Source: the human T2T-CHM13v2.0 reference genome, Homo sapiens. Taken from it: DNA of 64,000 nt. Positions 12,990 through 26,340 of this stretch are shown here, piece by piece; position 1 is the first letter of the stretch, and each line of letters opens with the position of its first letter. Under the pieces are notes generated by a model. That model ran no database searches, was not told where the DNA came from, and saw only the letters and a list, made by a program, of their open reading frames with translations. The stretch lies in the NCBI RefSeq assembly GCF_009914755.1, contig NC_060929.1; one strand, given 5' to 3'. A program made the translations under genes and the position numbers.

Positions 12990-13220
12990 AAGTTAATATT
13001 TAGCAAGCATTTACTGGATGTTTAGCACTGGCCTGAACACTCTATGTGTATTAATTTACTTTTTACAATAGTCCACAAGATTGGCGCTAACAATATGTTT
13101 ATGTTCGAGACGAAACCAGTTAGGCCAAGAGAAGAAAATAATTTACCTCTTGTCATGCAGCTAGGAAGTAGAGGAACTGGGATACAAATGTCATAGTCAG
13201 ACTGCTTTCCATCACACTGT
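12990..13220 (-). mobile_element. MIR
   Basis: taatatttagcaagcatttac...aataatttacctcttgtcatgcagctaggaagtagaggaactgggata (antisense MIR core). Confidence 0.6.
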
Positions 13221-15284
13221 GGATACTGTCTTCATAGAATAGCCATTTCATGTAGTTGAGACTTTGGTGGGATCATATCAGTTGAGGAATTTTTTGTATA
13301 TGATGTGATTTTTTGAGGATGGCACTTTTTTTAGGGCAACTGATAATCCTTAACTTGACCTTGGGGATTCAAAAGAAAATACAGATGTGTTTTATTTATT
13401 TATTTTTTTCAGAAAAACTACACTGAGGAAAATGTGTTATATCCAAGCAATATTCTGTGTAAACAGCTAATCAGAAAAAAAAAGTTAACAGTAATTTAGC
13501 AACAAATGTGGTATTTGACCTGCAGCTCCCAGATGAATTCCCAAATGACATGAATAATTTATTTTAGGAAGATGAAATGATATGGGTTATGTAATGCTTG
13601 ATGAGAAATTGCAGTCATAATTGGGGAAATTGCTTCTACTTACCAGGGTCACCAGTGGAGGAAGGAGCTGGTCCCTGGATGTCATTTTCCACCTTGAGAA
13701 TCTTGGCAGAAGCAGTAAGTGCTTGCTGCCCAGCTGTGATCCAACTAGAGTAGCTCAAGTTAGTTCCATTATCCAGAGGCCTCAAAAGCCGTTTGAATAT
13801 CTAGCACCCAAATGGCCTCTGTGCTATTTTCTAAGAGGTTTTGCTCCAATCACATCTCCTCATCTCAGAGCTGCAGTTACATTTCCTAGATTTGCACAGA
13901 TCCAAGGCTCTCTTGGAACTAGGATAAGCTGTCAAGTTGTAAGGCAGCTCAGTTGCTTCTTGGAATTTATGTCCTAAGGGACAAACACTATATAGAGCAT
14001 TTTGAAAGCTGACAGCTTAGTGTTGGCAGCTGAATTTTGACATTCATGCTATTATCAAAACTCTCTCAAACAGCTGAAACTGTAGGTATGTGACAGTTAA
14101 GCCTTCTGTGAGGCATGTTTATCTGGCAGGAAGAATGCTATCAGTTCCCTTATTATTATCCTGTGCATTTCAGTTGCGTTTTTGTTAATGAATTTAAATT
14201 AATGCATTGTTGAGATATCTAAAATGACAAGGCAAATGAAGGGTCACTGTTAAAATTTTAACCTCAATACTATCTACACTCGATTTAAAGATATGGCTTT
14301 CCTGCTTCAAAATATTTATCGGGAAAATTTACCATTGAGTTTCTGAAAAATGTAAAAAGCTATACAAGAATTCACACAATTGGTAGTCTCTATAAAAGCT
14401 TATACTTAGTCCTTCCCCTGTGGACTTACATGGAGGTAATGAAAAACAATATTTCTTCCCAGGCTAGAGCTGACATAATTGCTAATGTTGAAGTCTGAAA
14501 ACATATTTTATCAAAATAAGGAGCTGAAAGTGGAGATTTTTTAAAAAAATACTACATGACCCTCTTAATTTTCATTCCATTAAATGCTGAAAAAAATCAA
14601 TGTTTAACAAATGAGAAAGGACAGAGTTAGACCTATTTAGAGGAGGGCGTGTTAGAGTTGAGGGTTTTTTTTTTTTTTTGAGGAAAGAATGAATAGCACT
14701 CCTGTTGCTGTGCTTACTTCCTATGCCTATTTTCATTAGTAAAAACAAAAATGAAATTAGATTACTCATGATAAAAAAAATGGCTCTTTGGTTTCTAGAA
14801 AAATGGCTAAAAACACAATCCTTCTAGTTTTTGAAAAACCACACCTGTTAGCCTCAGCCTCTGAAGAAGCTTCACCAAAAAATGCAGCAAAGAATCCTCT
14901 CTTATGCTTAAATACTAGATGAGCACAAATTAAAATGTGTCATTAAAGTAATTAACCCAACCAAATCCCCCTGACTGGCACAAATAGAATGTGAAATTGT
15001 GAAAATTTTTGATGTCGTTTGATTTGTGGCTGGAACTGACTTTGATAGAACAGCTTCAAGGTGAGTCATGGTCATATTTCCCATGTGTGCACTCAACACC
15101 AAACAGTCCATTCAGTACATTAAACTTCCTCAAAACAATCCTCAGTGCAAAAAAATGAAATGTTCTTAATTGGGCTTTTCTCATAAGTTTTCCATAGACA
15201 CAGATTTTGAATTAATCAGTGCCCCAGTCTGTTCCGTAGGCTAAGTTGTATGGTAGCTTTGTAATAATATTAATAATAAATAAC

Positions 15285-15560
15285 AGTAACAACAGTATCT
15301 AACACTTAAAGAATGTGTATGATATGCTAGGTACCGTTCTAAGCCATTCATATACGTATATACATGCAGACACAAACATGCACATTATATATCCATATCT
15401 ACATATATCCACACACATATGCGTATAGTCTTTAACCCTTGATGTTGGTAGATGCTATAGTTACCCCCATTTTGCAAAGAAGGAAATAGAGGATCAAAGA
15501 TATTAAATTATTTGTCCAAGGTCACAAAGTGATGGGAGTGTTATTTAAGTCGGGACTATC
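15285..15560 (-). mobile_element. MIR containing a degenerate (TA/CA) microsatellite at ~15350-15425
   Basis: ccccattttgcaaagaaggaaatagaggatcaaagatattaaattatttgtccaaggtcaca. Confidence 0.7.
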
Positions 15561-16582
15561 TCTCACTGTAGTGCCTGTGTTATTTATTTTCTCATTATAT
15601 TTCCCTTTGTTGGAGTCAACAGACCTTTTACATGTTGAAATATATTCATTTGAAGTTACCTGCACCACAAGAATTTCAAAATTCCATATGAGTTCCTTCA
15701 AAAATGTGGTCAATATAGTGAAGAGAAATAACCACAATAGAAGTGATATTTTCAAAGGTTCCATACAAAAATGTCTGGAGGCAGCCCCTCAATAATGGAA
15801 AAATATTGAGAGTTTAAAAGGTGATGAAATCAGGACCAACAGCAGCCAAATTTATATCCCTAAAGTTTCCCTCTCATATTTTCAAATTCCCCTTTCTACA
15901 TTTGAAAAGCAAATTTTTAGAAGTGATGACAGAAGTATTACAGAGTCAGCCCTAATAGCAGCTGTCAGCTCAGATTAGCGCAAGTAAAAATTTCTGTTTC
16001 TTCTGCACATCTGTTGTAGCTTTGTTTTTTTTTTTTAAATCTGTGGATAGTGGGCTATAGCATGGTGTACGGTTTTTTTTCCCTATATTTAACGTATTTT
16101 CTGTATTTCCTTTTCATTCATTCATTACTTTCATTTCCTTTGCCTCATTTCCTGAAAGTTTTTCTATTAATGCATACTAAGTGATTGGCTCCAAGCAGGC
16201 ACCAAAGAGTAAATAAAAGTATGAATGCTTGGCTTAAATAAAGGTTTATTGGGACTTAAAATATCTTGCCCTTATGATTTTTGTATATAAAAATTATTTT
16301 TTCTATATCATGCACCTCTGAGTTTTAGAGTGATTTATGAGAGCTATTAATTGCAATATTAAGATAAGCTAGTTTCGAGATGTAAATTTTGCTCTCTTTT
16401 TGTTAAGACATCTGTGTTTTTGGTCAGAAAACCATATCATCCTGTGTCATTTCCTTTATTAGTAGTTCGAAACAAATAAACAAAAACCAAGAACAATGAG
16501 CAAGCTAGTTGGGTGACAAAAGTTAAGATTTTTAGATTGCTTAATTTTGTCTTTGCCAAAGGGCTTTCAGTAAATGCTTTGA

Positions 16583-16626
16583 AGTGTGCGCACACTCGCA
16601 CACACGCGCGCACACACACACACACT
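16583..16626. repeat. (CA)n/(CG)n alternating purine-pyrimidine microsatellite
   Basis: gtgtgcgcacactcgcacacacgcgcgcacacacacacacac. Confidence 0.9.
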
Positions 16627-17079
16627 CAGTTCCTTATTTACATTTCTCACTATTGAGATAGAATGGAGCTTTATTTGGAATTTCTGCTAAAGGAGGTGAC
16701 TGAATATTATCACCATCAGTTTCCTCTTAATTTCCTACTGGGATAGCTCTCTTAGGGCCAGCTGCAGCCATCATTCCACCACATGTGAGCTGCCTTGGGT
16801 CATGTGTGGTCAATATAGAGGAGGAATCACTTTAACAGAGGTGATATTTTCAATGTTTCAGATACAAAAATGTGTGGAGACAGAGCTGGTAATGGGAAAA
16901 TATTGATTTGTGAGTTGAAGCTCATCAGGACTGATAACAGCCACCTTTACACCCCACGAAGCTTTCACAGAGTTTGGCTTCTGGCCAACTCTAGCTCTGT
17001 CTGGAAGGCAATCATAAGGAATGGAAAATAGAGGGGTTTATACTCAGACTTTAAAAGTTCTCAAATTCCATTCCAGATG

Positions 17080-17250
17080 GCACCAGTGATTTGAAACTTG
17101 TTTCTACAACATCTGAGCCTCAGTCTCCTTATCATTAAATTTGGAGTAAAGCTATGTATTTTTACTTTTTTCCAAGGACTAAAATGAGAAGATGAAAGCC
17201 TGTGAAATTTTCTGGGCCTCTCAGCAAATGTTTCTGAGCCTCTCAATAAA
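17080..17250 (+). mobile_element. MIR fragment
   Basis: ctgagcctcagtctccttatcattaaatttggagtaa (MIR core). Confidence 0.55.
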
Positions 17251-17404
17251 TATGTCTGTTTCCAGTTTTCTAGTAGTCTGACAACAATTTCCATTTTTAG
17301 AATGACAATAAAAATAGAAGGGTAGATACCGATAAAAATATATCTTTCTTGGGTCAAGACATTTACGTTAGGACTCTTCCTTTTGGAATTTGTGATGCTT
17401 TACA

Positions 17405-17601
17405 TCAGCAGTTTTCAAAGTGTGGCCCACAGATGGCCTATATCCGAACCACTTGGGGTGTTTGGTAATAAAGTCAAATCACCTGTCTCTATCCTGGACC
17501 TAGTGAATAAAGAGTCTCTCTGAGGAAAGCACCTGGGTGAATATGTGTTTAGCAACTTCCCCAGGAGAAATTTTCCCTACACTAAAGTTTGAGAAGGATT
17601 G
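17405..17601. mobile_element. hAT MITE (MER5-like)
   Basis: TIR-like ends cagcagttttcaaagtgtgg ... ctaaagtttgagaaggattg. Confidence 0.7.
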
Positions 17602-17609
17602 CCTTACCT

Positions 17610-17830
17610 TATATACAGTGCTTAATACTTTATAAATGATAAATCACTTACACACTTATGCTGTCATTTGACTCTCACAGCAAAATTGTTAGATACAAAG
17701 AGCAGACACATTTCCTTTTTATAGATGGGGAATCTGAGACTCAGAGAAGTTTCCCCCACAAGGTTACAAAGACATTAAGAAGCAGGACTGTATTCAGGGT
17801 TTCCACCCCAGTTCTCTTTCTACCTCATCT
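17610..17830 (-). mobile_element. MIR
   Basis: ttttatagatggggaatctgagactcagagaagtt...aaggttaca. Confidence 0.7.
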
Positions 17831-18224
17831 CACCCATTCTTTTTCTACATAAGAAGATGCTAGCTGCAGATAATTTGGGGCATGCAGGTGAGTCTATACA
17901 ATACTTTATTCTATAGGCAATAGAGATAGAACAAAGATTTTCAAGTAGTACAATGACTTAATCAGATCTATGAGGCAGCCTAGGGGATGGCTTGGAGAGA
18001 GGACAAACAGGAGCTAGGGAGTGAACTGGGAGACCGATGTCCTTTCTTCCACATCAGTAATGTTGACTAGGTTATTCATGCCAAAAGTTTTCAAATAGCA
18101 GTCTGAAAGGCACCAGAAATGAAATACTTTTCATGAACAATACATAGTTATGAAACCTCAGAAAATGGTTCTTTATGGTGCTTATTAAATTTTAATCACA
18201 TTAACATGGCTCAATACTTTAACG

Positions 18225-18350
18225 GGTTGTGAACTCCCTGAAAATAGAACCATGTTTCATTCATCTTTGTATTCCCAGAATCTAATTTTGTGTTGGCTGT
18301 ATAGTATCATTAAACATGTTCATTCTTTATTTAATGAACTTTAGTGAATA
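18225..18350 (+). mobile_element. L2 3' fragment
   Basis: tgtgaactccctgaaaatagaaccatgtttcattcatctttgtattcccag. Confidence 0.55.
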
Positions 18351-18379
18351 ATAAAAACATTTGTTTTATATTGACAAAT

Positions 18380-18630
18380 GATAATTATTTTGAATATACA
18401 TAGTTCATATTTTTACATGCTTAATATATATCATCATATAGCCTTAGGCATGTTTACTCCTTTGACCATCGCAACCACTTGCTCTATTATTAATAATCTC
18501 TGTTTTGCACGTGAGAAGCACAGAGTGGCTAGGTAACTCCTCTAAGGTCGGTCACTTGGCCAAGTTCTAATCTTACCGGAATTTGAATTTGAATTTTGTA
18601 GCCTGCTTCCAAAGCCTTGCTATGCTACAT
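18380..18630 (-). mobile_element. MIR (degenerate)
   Basis: ctgttttgcacgtgagaagcacagagtggctaggtaactcctctaaggtc. Confidence 0.5.
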
Positions 18631-18691
18631 TTTGTTCACAAATTTATCTGTATGTTTCAATTGCTTATCACTGAAACATTATTTCATGTTT

Positions 18692-19088
18692 GTATAAAGT
18701 TTAATAGGTATACCATATGCCATGCTAACTAACAACCCTAAAATATCAGTGGGTTGGCCCAATAAAAGTTTATTTCATAATTAAAGTTTGATGTGGCTCA
18801 AATGACTTTGCTGTGTGGCTCTCATCCAAGGCATGACTCTGAAACCTGGGCTTCTTTCAGCTTTTCCTATTCCAGATGGAAGAGGTGTCCTCCAGGGTTG
18901 AGCAGGCAGAAGAGAAATGATGGAGGCACTCCAGCTCTTAAATTGCCTTGGGCCATAAGGTCACATGTCACATATGCTCACATTTCATTGGGCAGCACTA
19001 TTCACATGGCTCAATTTAACTACAAAGAAGGCTTGGAAATGTAGAGGAGCATATGGATCTTTGATGAGGATTACTAATTTCTGTCACA
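18692..19088 (-). mobile_element. Old MaLR LTR (MLT1J/K/L-like)
   Basis: aacaaccctaaaatatcagtggg...aaagtttatttc; gctcacatttcattgggcagcactattcacatggc...ctgtcaca. Confidence 0.7.
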
Positions 19089-19139
19089 ATAAAAAGGATA
19101 ATAATAAATATATAAAAATAAAACATTGGGAGCAATGTA

Positions 19140-19341
19140 TTTGCTTTCAGGCTCTGGCTCTATACTTAGTTCAACAAACTTGATAATGTAATTTCCCTGT
19201 TTTGAATCAGTTTCATCATGTATAAAATGGGTATAGTGAGTGAAATACAACTCATATGTTGTTGTATTAAGTGAGATGGTAGAAGTAATGATTATAACAC
19301 AGTAGTGGGCACACAATAAGTACTCAATATAGGATAGCTAT
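19140..19341 (+). mobile_element. MIR
   Basis: tcagtttcatcatgtataaaatgggtatagt...ggcacacaataagtactcaata. Confidence 0.7.
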
Positions 19342-19739
19342 CACATTAGTCAGGGTTCTTGAGATAAACAGAATTAATAGGATCTATCTATCTATCTATG
19401 GAATTGGCTCACACAATTATGGAAGCTAGAAAGTCCAAAATCTGTAGTTTTGCGTCTGAAGGCCAGGAGCTGCTGTAGAATCAGGAAGAGATGATATTTT
19501 AGTTTAAGGGCACCCAGGTAGGAGGATTTTCCTGTGGGAGGGCCAGCCTTTTATTCTGTTCAGGCCTTCATCTGATTGAACGAGGCCTACCTACATTTTG
19601 GAGGCCAATCTGCTTTAATCAGTCTACTGATTTAAATGTTAATCTCATCCCACAGTCTCAGAAACACCCAGAGTAATGTCTGACCAAATATCTGGGTACC
19701 TCATGGCCCAGTCAAGGTGGCACATAAAATTAACCAACA
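19342..19739 (-). mobile_element. ERVL LTR (MLT2C/D-like)
   Basis: attagtcagggttcttgagataaacagaa...ggcccagtcaaggtggcacataaaattaaccaaca. Confidence 0.85.
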
Positions 19740-20810
19740 TAATAATTTTCATGATCATCACCATCATTAGATATAGTCAATAGAGTTTTCTCAATGAAGT
19801 TTATTTTTTCCTCAATGAATAATTGGATGTCTGTGAATACAGATAAGATTGTGGTGCCTAGAGTGGGCCGGTAAAGTTGGTAGCCCTTTTACTGGACTAC
19901 CACCTTAACAGTCAAACAGCCACCCATGAGAAGTGAGCACAGTTAGATAATTTTAAAAGATGTTACATGGAAGACTAGACACAAAATAGTCTCATCGATA
20001 TGGTTTTTCTCCTTTTTAGTACACTTTCTATAGTAATCATTTTGGTGTTATGTTTATTCAAATACTGTTTGTAATGTTTAGTTCAGTTTTAGCTAGACTT
20101 TCACAATCATATTAAAGCTAATCACATCTATAATTCTTAATTTTGCATTTCGTGAAGTCTTTACTGAAACAGTCTCCAAACAATCAGCAAGGCAAGGAGG
20201 AAGAAAAATCTGCCCAAATCACTCAGGTTGTTTAAATAAAACAATCAGCTGATTGACTTAATGTCTTACTTCAGCTGTTGTCATCATGGAGACACAGATG
20301 AAGAGACATTCCAGAGCCATGTTCATCCCTGAATCACATTGGACAGACACAGACGCATGGAAAGATACTGTATTCTTGTTGCCCAGAAGTCTAGCAGATA
20401 TAGGCTTTGTTGAAATGGTGGAGAAAATAAACTCCAGACACATGGTTCTCTCCAGAAAAATGCCTTAAATTTTTGGAAAATCCAACAGGGAAACTTCCTT
20501 TGGGAGAGTTCATGCGGCCAGCTGTGCATGCTCAAGCTAGTCAATTTGTTGGACTTAAGTATTGGTCAATTAATAATTATTACTAACCAGTTGTTTGAAC
20601 TCACGGAATGTCTTCCCAGTGAGTCACAGAGGCCAGATGAGTAGTGTAGACAAGAAGGAAGGATTAATTCCTACAAAGTCTTATTTCTTGGAGTATCTCC
20701 CAAAGTATATAGAATAATGACCCTAGATTGCTCAACTGATGTGGGCCTCGAAGTGCACATCTAGGATGTTAAAAAAGAAGCATCTATAATGAACTAGGCC
20801 AGAAGAATCT

Positions 20811-21170
20811 TATTTTTATTTTTATTTTTTATTTATAAATACGTTAAGTTCTGGGTTACATGTGCAGAACGTGCAGTTTTGTTACATAGGTATACATGTG
20901 CCCTGGTAGTTTGCTGCACCCATCAACCCGTCACCTACATTAGGTATTTCTCCTAATGTTATCTCTCCCCTAGCTCCCCACCCCCGCAACAGGCCCCGGT
21001 GTGTGATGTTCCCCTCCCTGTGTCCATGTGTTCTCATTGTTCAACTCCCACTTATGAGTAAGAACATGTGGTGATTGGTTTTCTGATCTTGTGATAGTTT
21101 GCTGAGAATGATGGTTTCCACCTTCATCTGTGTCCCTGCAAAGGACATGAACTCATCCTTTTTTATGCCT
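20811..21170 (-). mobile_element. 5'-truncated L1PA (L1PA7-like) 3' end
   Basis: T-rich tail, then taagttctgggttacatgtgcagaacgtgcag...gtccctgcaaaggacatgaactcatcc. Confidence 0.9.
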
Positions 21171-21909
21171 CCAGTGTAACTGTGGAATCAGGAAGAGATG
21201 CTCAGTAGCTCACCATTATAGGATATTCCCATCATAATAATAGATATAAACAACCCTGAAAGCATAAATAATAGTAAAATGTAATCAAATCTTAAGGAAG
21301 TGATGAGTTTTACATAGTTTCACTATGTTTAACCTTGATTGATTGATTTGAAGTTTAAATAACTTAATTTTTATGGTTGTGTTTAATTGGCTTTTATGAG
21401 CTAAGCCAGCTCTAGTGTACCAGTAGATGTGGGGATAACTTTCACCACCTCTCATTTTCCCATAATTGCATTTCTTTGACTTTTGAAGGCTTTAAAATCT
21501 CCAACAGTACTTTTTTGACATTGTAAATGAGATTGTAAATTTCATCAGGAAGCATGTACATTATTCTAATATTGGTAGCTAAGACAGCTCTTAGAACAAT
21601 CATATAATATATATATACTAGGCACTTAGCAAATCCTTACTGAATACAAATAAAGATGCAGAGATATCTAAACTGAATTATACCTTAAACCTACCAATTA
21701 ACAACTTAATTATTTTAGCAGGGGGTTCAGTGACAGCTGAAAGCAATGCCTATTGAGTGGAAATGGGGTGGGTGGGGAGGCGCAAAGTGTGGGACCCTTA
21801 AGGAAGAAAGCATTGACTTTCGCCATAAGCTGTTGCTTAAGTGGTGATCATAATAGGAATATTCACACAAACTTAGGATTCAGTGGCCCAATTCTGGTTG
21901 CTGAACTCT

Positions 21910-22490
21910 GGTTCATTCATTTATTCAACAATATTTTATTAAGCACATACTGTGGTTTAGACTATTCTAGGTACCATAACCATAGTACCAAAAAACCCCA
22001 AGCCTGTGCCCTCACAGAGCTTACCTTCTATTGAGGAGAGACAATTAACAAACAAGTACATACATAGTATGTTAGATGGCAAGAAGCGCAATGGAGAAAT
22101 ATAAAGCAGGAAAGGAGTTTAGGATGAGCCAGGGTAGGGGTGGGGACTTGCTAATTATATAGAATAGTCCAGGAAGACCTCTCTAATAATGGGACATTTG
22201 CGCAGAGGCCTGAAGGAAATGAGGGAAACAGCCATTTACATCATATCACTTATATCATGTATTTCCTATGCTTGGAAGGCTCTTGCCCCATATAAGATAT
22301 ATTTCCTGTACTTATGGGAGATAAGTACAGGAGTCTGAAGGTGGGAGCACGGTTGATGTATTTGAAGACAAGCATGAAGTCTACTATGTCTATAGTGGAG
22401 TCAGCAGAGAGGGAGTGGTAGGACATGGAGTCAGAGAGTAAGCAATGAGGCAAGACAAAGAGGGCAGATGTGTAAGCTGATCTGTGAGTC
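21910..22490 (-). mobile_element. LINE-2
   Basis: ttcattcatttattcaacaatatttt...gccctcacagagcttaccttcta...ggacatttgcgcagaggcctgaagga. Confidence 0.85.
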
Positions 22491-22809
22491 ACCTTGCTAT
22501 CAATCCAATCTCGGTCTCAGGCCCCTTCTAGGCTACTCCTCAGGGCCCTTGTAGGTTCCAGGATCCTGCCTTCTAATTTACCTTCACAACTCTTCTGCAC
22601 ACTAGATTTGGCTGAATCCTCACACCTGGACTTCTGCCTTTGCACTCATTTGGTCACACTCAAGTCTTGACAATCTTGGTCCAGTGCCTCTCAGGAGCAT
22701 CTGCCACATTAGCGTGTTAAATGTCTCCCTTCATAACTGTGCACAGACTTTGCTTCCAGAAATGCCCATTCTCATAATATTTCATATATCTTGTTCTGCT
22801 TTATCTATT

Positions 22810-23332
22810 CACATGGTTGCTAACATGTCATAATAAAACATTTGAAAAATGTAAGTGATTTAAATGAAAGGAAACTTTAATTGGTTCACAGAGCAACACA
22901 AGTTTCAGGTATGTTTGATCCAGGGCTCAAATGATAACAACATGATCTGCTAATTTTCTAATTCCTGGCTTACCATAAAATTGGCTTTGGTTTTAGGCTT
23001 CACATGGTGGCAAGGCAGCAGCTCCAGACCTGTCTTTTCAGATAAAATCTAACAGAAAAACAGTATTTCTGTCTCTCTCTAGTGTCTCAGAAAAAGTATC
23101 ATTATCTCTTTTCATCCTGATTACCCATCTCTGAACCAATCGCTATGGCTAAGATAATGTGAAGCCCTGATTATCTAGGCCTGAGTCACAGCCACTCCAT
23201 GGAGGCAGATGTGGGTCATCAAACCCTTCCAAAGCATATGGACTAAAAGTGAGGGAGCAAGGTGTTTCCCAGAGGAATACTGGGGTATAGTAGCCAGAAG
23301 AATGAATTGATTTGGGTGGTAAAACAACTACA
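22810..23332 (-). mobile_element. Old MaLR LTR (MLT1K-like)
   Basis: tttgatccagggctcaaatga...ctgaaccaatcgctatggctaag...ggcctgagtcaca. Confidence 0.7.
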
Positions 23333-23475
23333 TGTTCCCTAAACATGCTGCATATTCTTCTAGTGTGCTCACTGTCCCCATTCATCTAGAAGTAGTTTCG
23401 GTACTTAGGGCTATGATCTAAATTCCCAACTGGCTTTAATTACATTTATCCACTATAAGCTCCACATATTAGGGC

Positions 23476-23657
23476 AGTCAGTGGCTCATACATTGTAGTG
23501 TGGACTAGCACCATCAATATTACCTGGGAACTCATTAGAAATACTAATTCTTGGGCCCTATACCAGATCTGCTGGATAAGAAACTCTGGGGGTGGGACCA
23601 GCGATCTGTGAACGAGCCCTCCAGGTTTTCCTGATTCATGCTAAAGTTTGAGCACTT
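23476..23657. mobile_element. MER5A hAT MITE
   Basis: cagtggctca...acctgggaactcattagaaatactaattcttgggcccta...gctaaagtttgag. Confidence 0.85.
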
Positions 23658-24062
23658 CAGCTTGGATCTATGTCTCTAGGTTCCTCTTTGTTATACTCTG
23701 TTTTAGGGCTCTTCTGGACAAATGACAGGGCTAAGGCTAGACCAGCACTCCATTCATCCACTAGGCAAGCAGGGCTGGTACATGTGTGCACATGAGTCCT
23801 CTTTCCTTCCTGCCTATTCCATACTGCCCCCAGGTCTGAATTTTTGCTCATTTCACTGCACCTGGTGGTAACAATTTTTGTCAAAGGGATGATGCCCAGT
23901 AGCTCAATTGATTCCGAAGGTAACTCTGTGATCTCATACTAGATTTGTAACATTTTAATCTCTTTAATGTTTTTCCATACATATACATGGAAATATATAT
24001 ATATTCTTAATATACATATTTATTCTTTTTATATATATTCTTAATGTTTTAGGGTTTACTTT

Positions 24063-24410
24063 ATGACCCAATTCAGGCTGCCATATCTAAAATACCATAG
24101 ACTAGATGGTTTAAACAATAAATGTTTATTTCTTTCTCGTGATTTCTGGAGGCTGAGGGTTCCAATACCAAGGTGCCGGTGACAGCCCACTTCCTGGTTC
24201 ATAGATGGTCATCTCCTTGCTGTGTCCTCACTGGACAGAAGGGTCCAGGGAGCTCTCCGGGGTCTCTTTAATAAAGCCTCTAATTCCATCTTAAGGGATT
24301 ATGATCTAATCACCTCCCCAAAGCTCAGCCTCCTAATATGATCACATTGGTGGTTAGGCTCTCAACATTTGCTAGGGAGTAAGGGAGACCAAAATATTCA
24401 GTCCATAACA
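24063..24410 (-). mobile_element. MaLR solo LTR (MLT1A0-like)
   Basis: caggctgccatatctaaaataccatagactagatggtttaaacaata...aatattcagtccataaca. Confidence 0.85.
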
Positions 24411-24604
24411 CTCTATATGTTTTAATTTATCAGAATCAGCTTTATATTTATACTAGTTTAATTCCAATGACATATAGAAACATTAGTCCTATATATCTCT
24501 ATCCCCTTTCCCCACTTTTGGTGGTATTGTTATACATATTATATCTATTTATGTTAAAGACCCAAAATATATTGTTATAATTATTACTTTATAATCTGTA
24601 GTAA

Positions 24605-25041
<437 letters not shown>

Positions 25042-25071
25042 TAACAGGTCCAGGGCCATGACTACACCAAA

Positions 25072-25721
25072 TGTCACACTCAGGGTCAGGTTCGGGGCCA
25101 TGCTGAGGTCCGAGGGGAGTGGGTGGATGGGTGATAGCTGAAAGAACACTACGGATGGAGGAGCATAGGCAGGTGAAATGTAGTTTTATTCAGCAGCTCT
25201 CTCATTAGCAGCTCTCTCAACACTGTCTGCCTTTATCTTGGCTGTCTGCTGCGGCTCTGCGGATCCTCTCAGCAACCGGCTCACTGGCTCCAGCTGCTCC
25301 CACACACAGCTGCACCACCAGCCTGAGCAAGGCCACCTCTCCCTTGCCTTCAGGGTCAGCAGCTTAACTCTTTCTCTGAGCACGAGCATGAGCCTTGTCC
25401 AGCCGTGCTGTGCCCTGGCTCCCCTCTGTCCATCTGCAAGATGGACAGCTCTGGTACTCCCTCTCTTTCTCTGGGCACGAGTGCAAGAACCAAGTCGAGC
25501 CATACCCAAGAGCTGAGCTGAGCCATGTTCCCCATGCACAGTGTCAGCAGGGCAGTTATACCTTTTACAGACAATAGTGGCTCAGAGCCAAGTATGAACT
25601 TACACAAACAGATTATATAACAAGTGGTGTATGCGCCTGCACCCTCAACTTACTGACTCACTCTGGCCTGGATGTCCACCTTGGCCTATTCCTTGACCAA
25701 AGCACATCCATGTACCTTACA
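25072..25721 (-). mobile_element. LTR18 (HERV-S/HERVL18 LTR)
   Basis: Minus strand begins TGTAAGGTACATGGATGTGCTTTGGTCAAGGAATAGGCC and ends GTGTGACA. AATAAA at ~25185-25190 (minus). A PBS-like TGGTGTAGTC follows. Confidence 0.85.
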
Positions 25722-25968
25722 ATTATATGTGCATTATTTTATACAATGCTTTTTAAAATCAGTTATTATATATATAAGGAGAAAGATATGCACTTACACT
25801 GCTTTTCATAAACTACCTTTACTAGTTCTCTTTGTTTTTTTGTGTATGGATTTTAATTACTGCCTGAGATTACACGCTTTCAGTCTAAAGAGCTTCCTTT
25901 AGTATTTCTTATAAAGGGGGTATGTTAACAACAAATTCTCTCAGTTTTGGTTTGTCTGGGAAAGTATA

Positions 25969-26340
25969 TGATTTGGTTAGGTTTTGTGTCCCCACCTAAA
26001 TCTCATCTTGAATTGTAATCCCTATAATTCCCATCCATCAAGGAAGAGACCAGGTGGAGGTAATTGAATCACGTGGGTGGTTACACCCAGGCTGTTCTCA
26101 TGATAGTGAGTGAGTTCTCAGAGTTCTGATGGTTTTATGAGAGGGCTCTTCCCCCTTTGCTTGGAAGTTCTTCTTGCTGCCTTGTGAAGGTGCCTGCTTC
26201 TCCTTCACCTTCTGCCACGATTGTAAGTTTCCTGAGACCTCCTCAGCCATGCTGAACTGTGAGTGAATTAAACATCTTTCCTTTATAAAGTATCCTGTCT
26301 CAGGCAGTTATTTACAGCAATATGTAAACAGACTAATACA
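25969..26340 (+). mobile_element. THE1 (THE1D-like) solo LTR
   Basis: tgatttggttaggttttgtgtccccacctaaatctcatcttgaattgtaatcc...cagactaataca. TSD gtata (25964-68) / gtatt (26341-45). Confidence 0.9.

Noticed and set aside
13385-13420. Polypyrimidine-AG splice acceptor-like sites (also ~32440, ~48710, ~54660)
   Set aside because: No matching donor or coding frame could be established, and such motifs are common in T-rich DNA. lncRNA exons cannot be excluded without RNA data.
25186-25607. Several overlapping ORFs in a GC-richer segment
   Set aside because: They lie inside the LTR18 LTR and have no gag/pol/env similarity.
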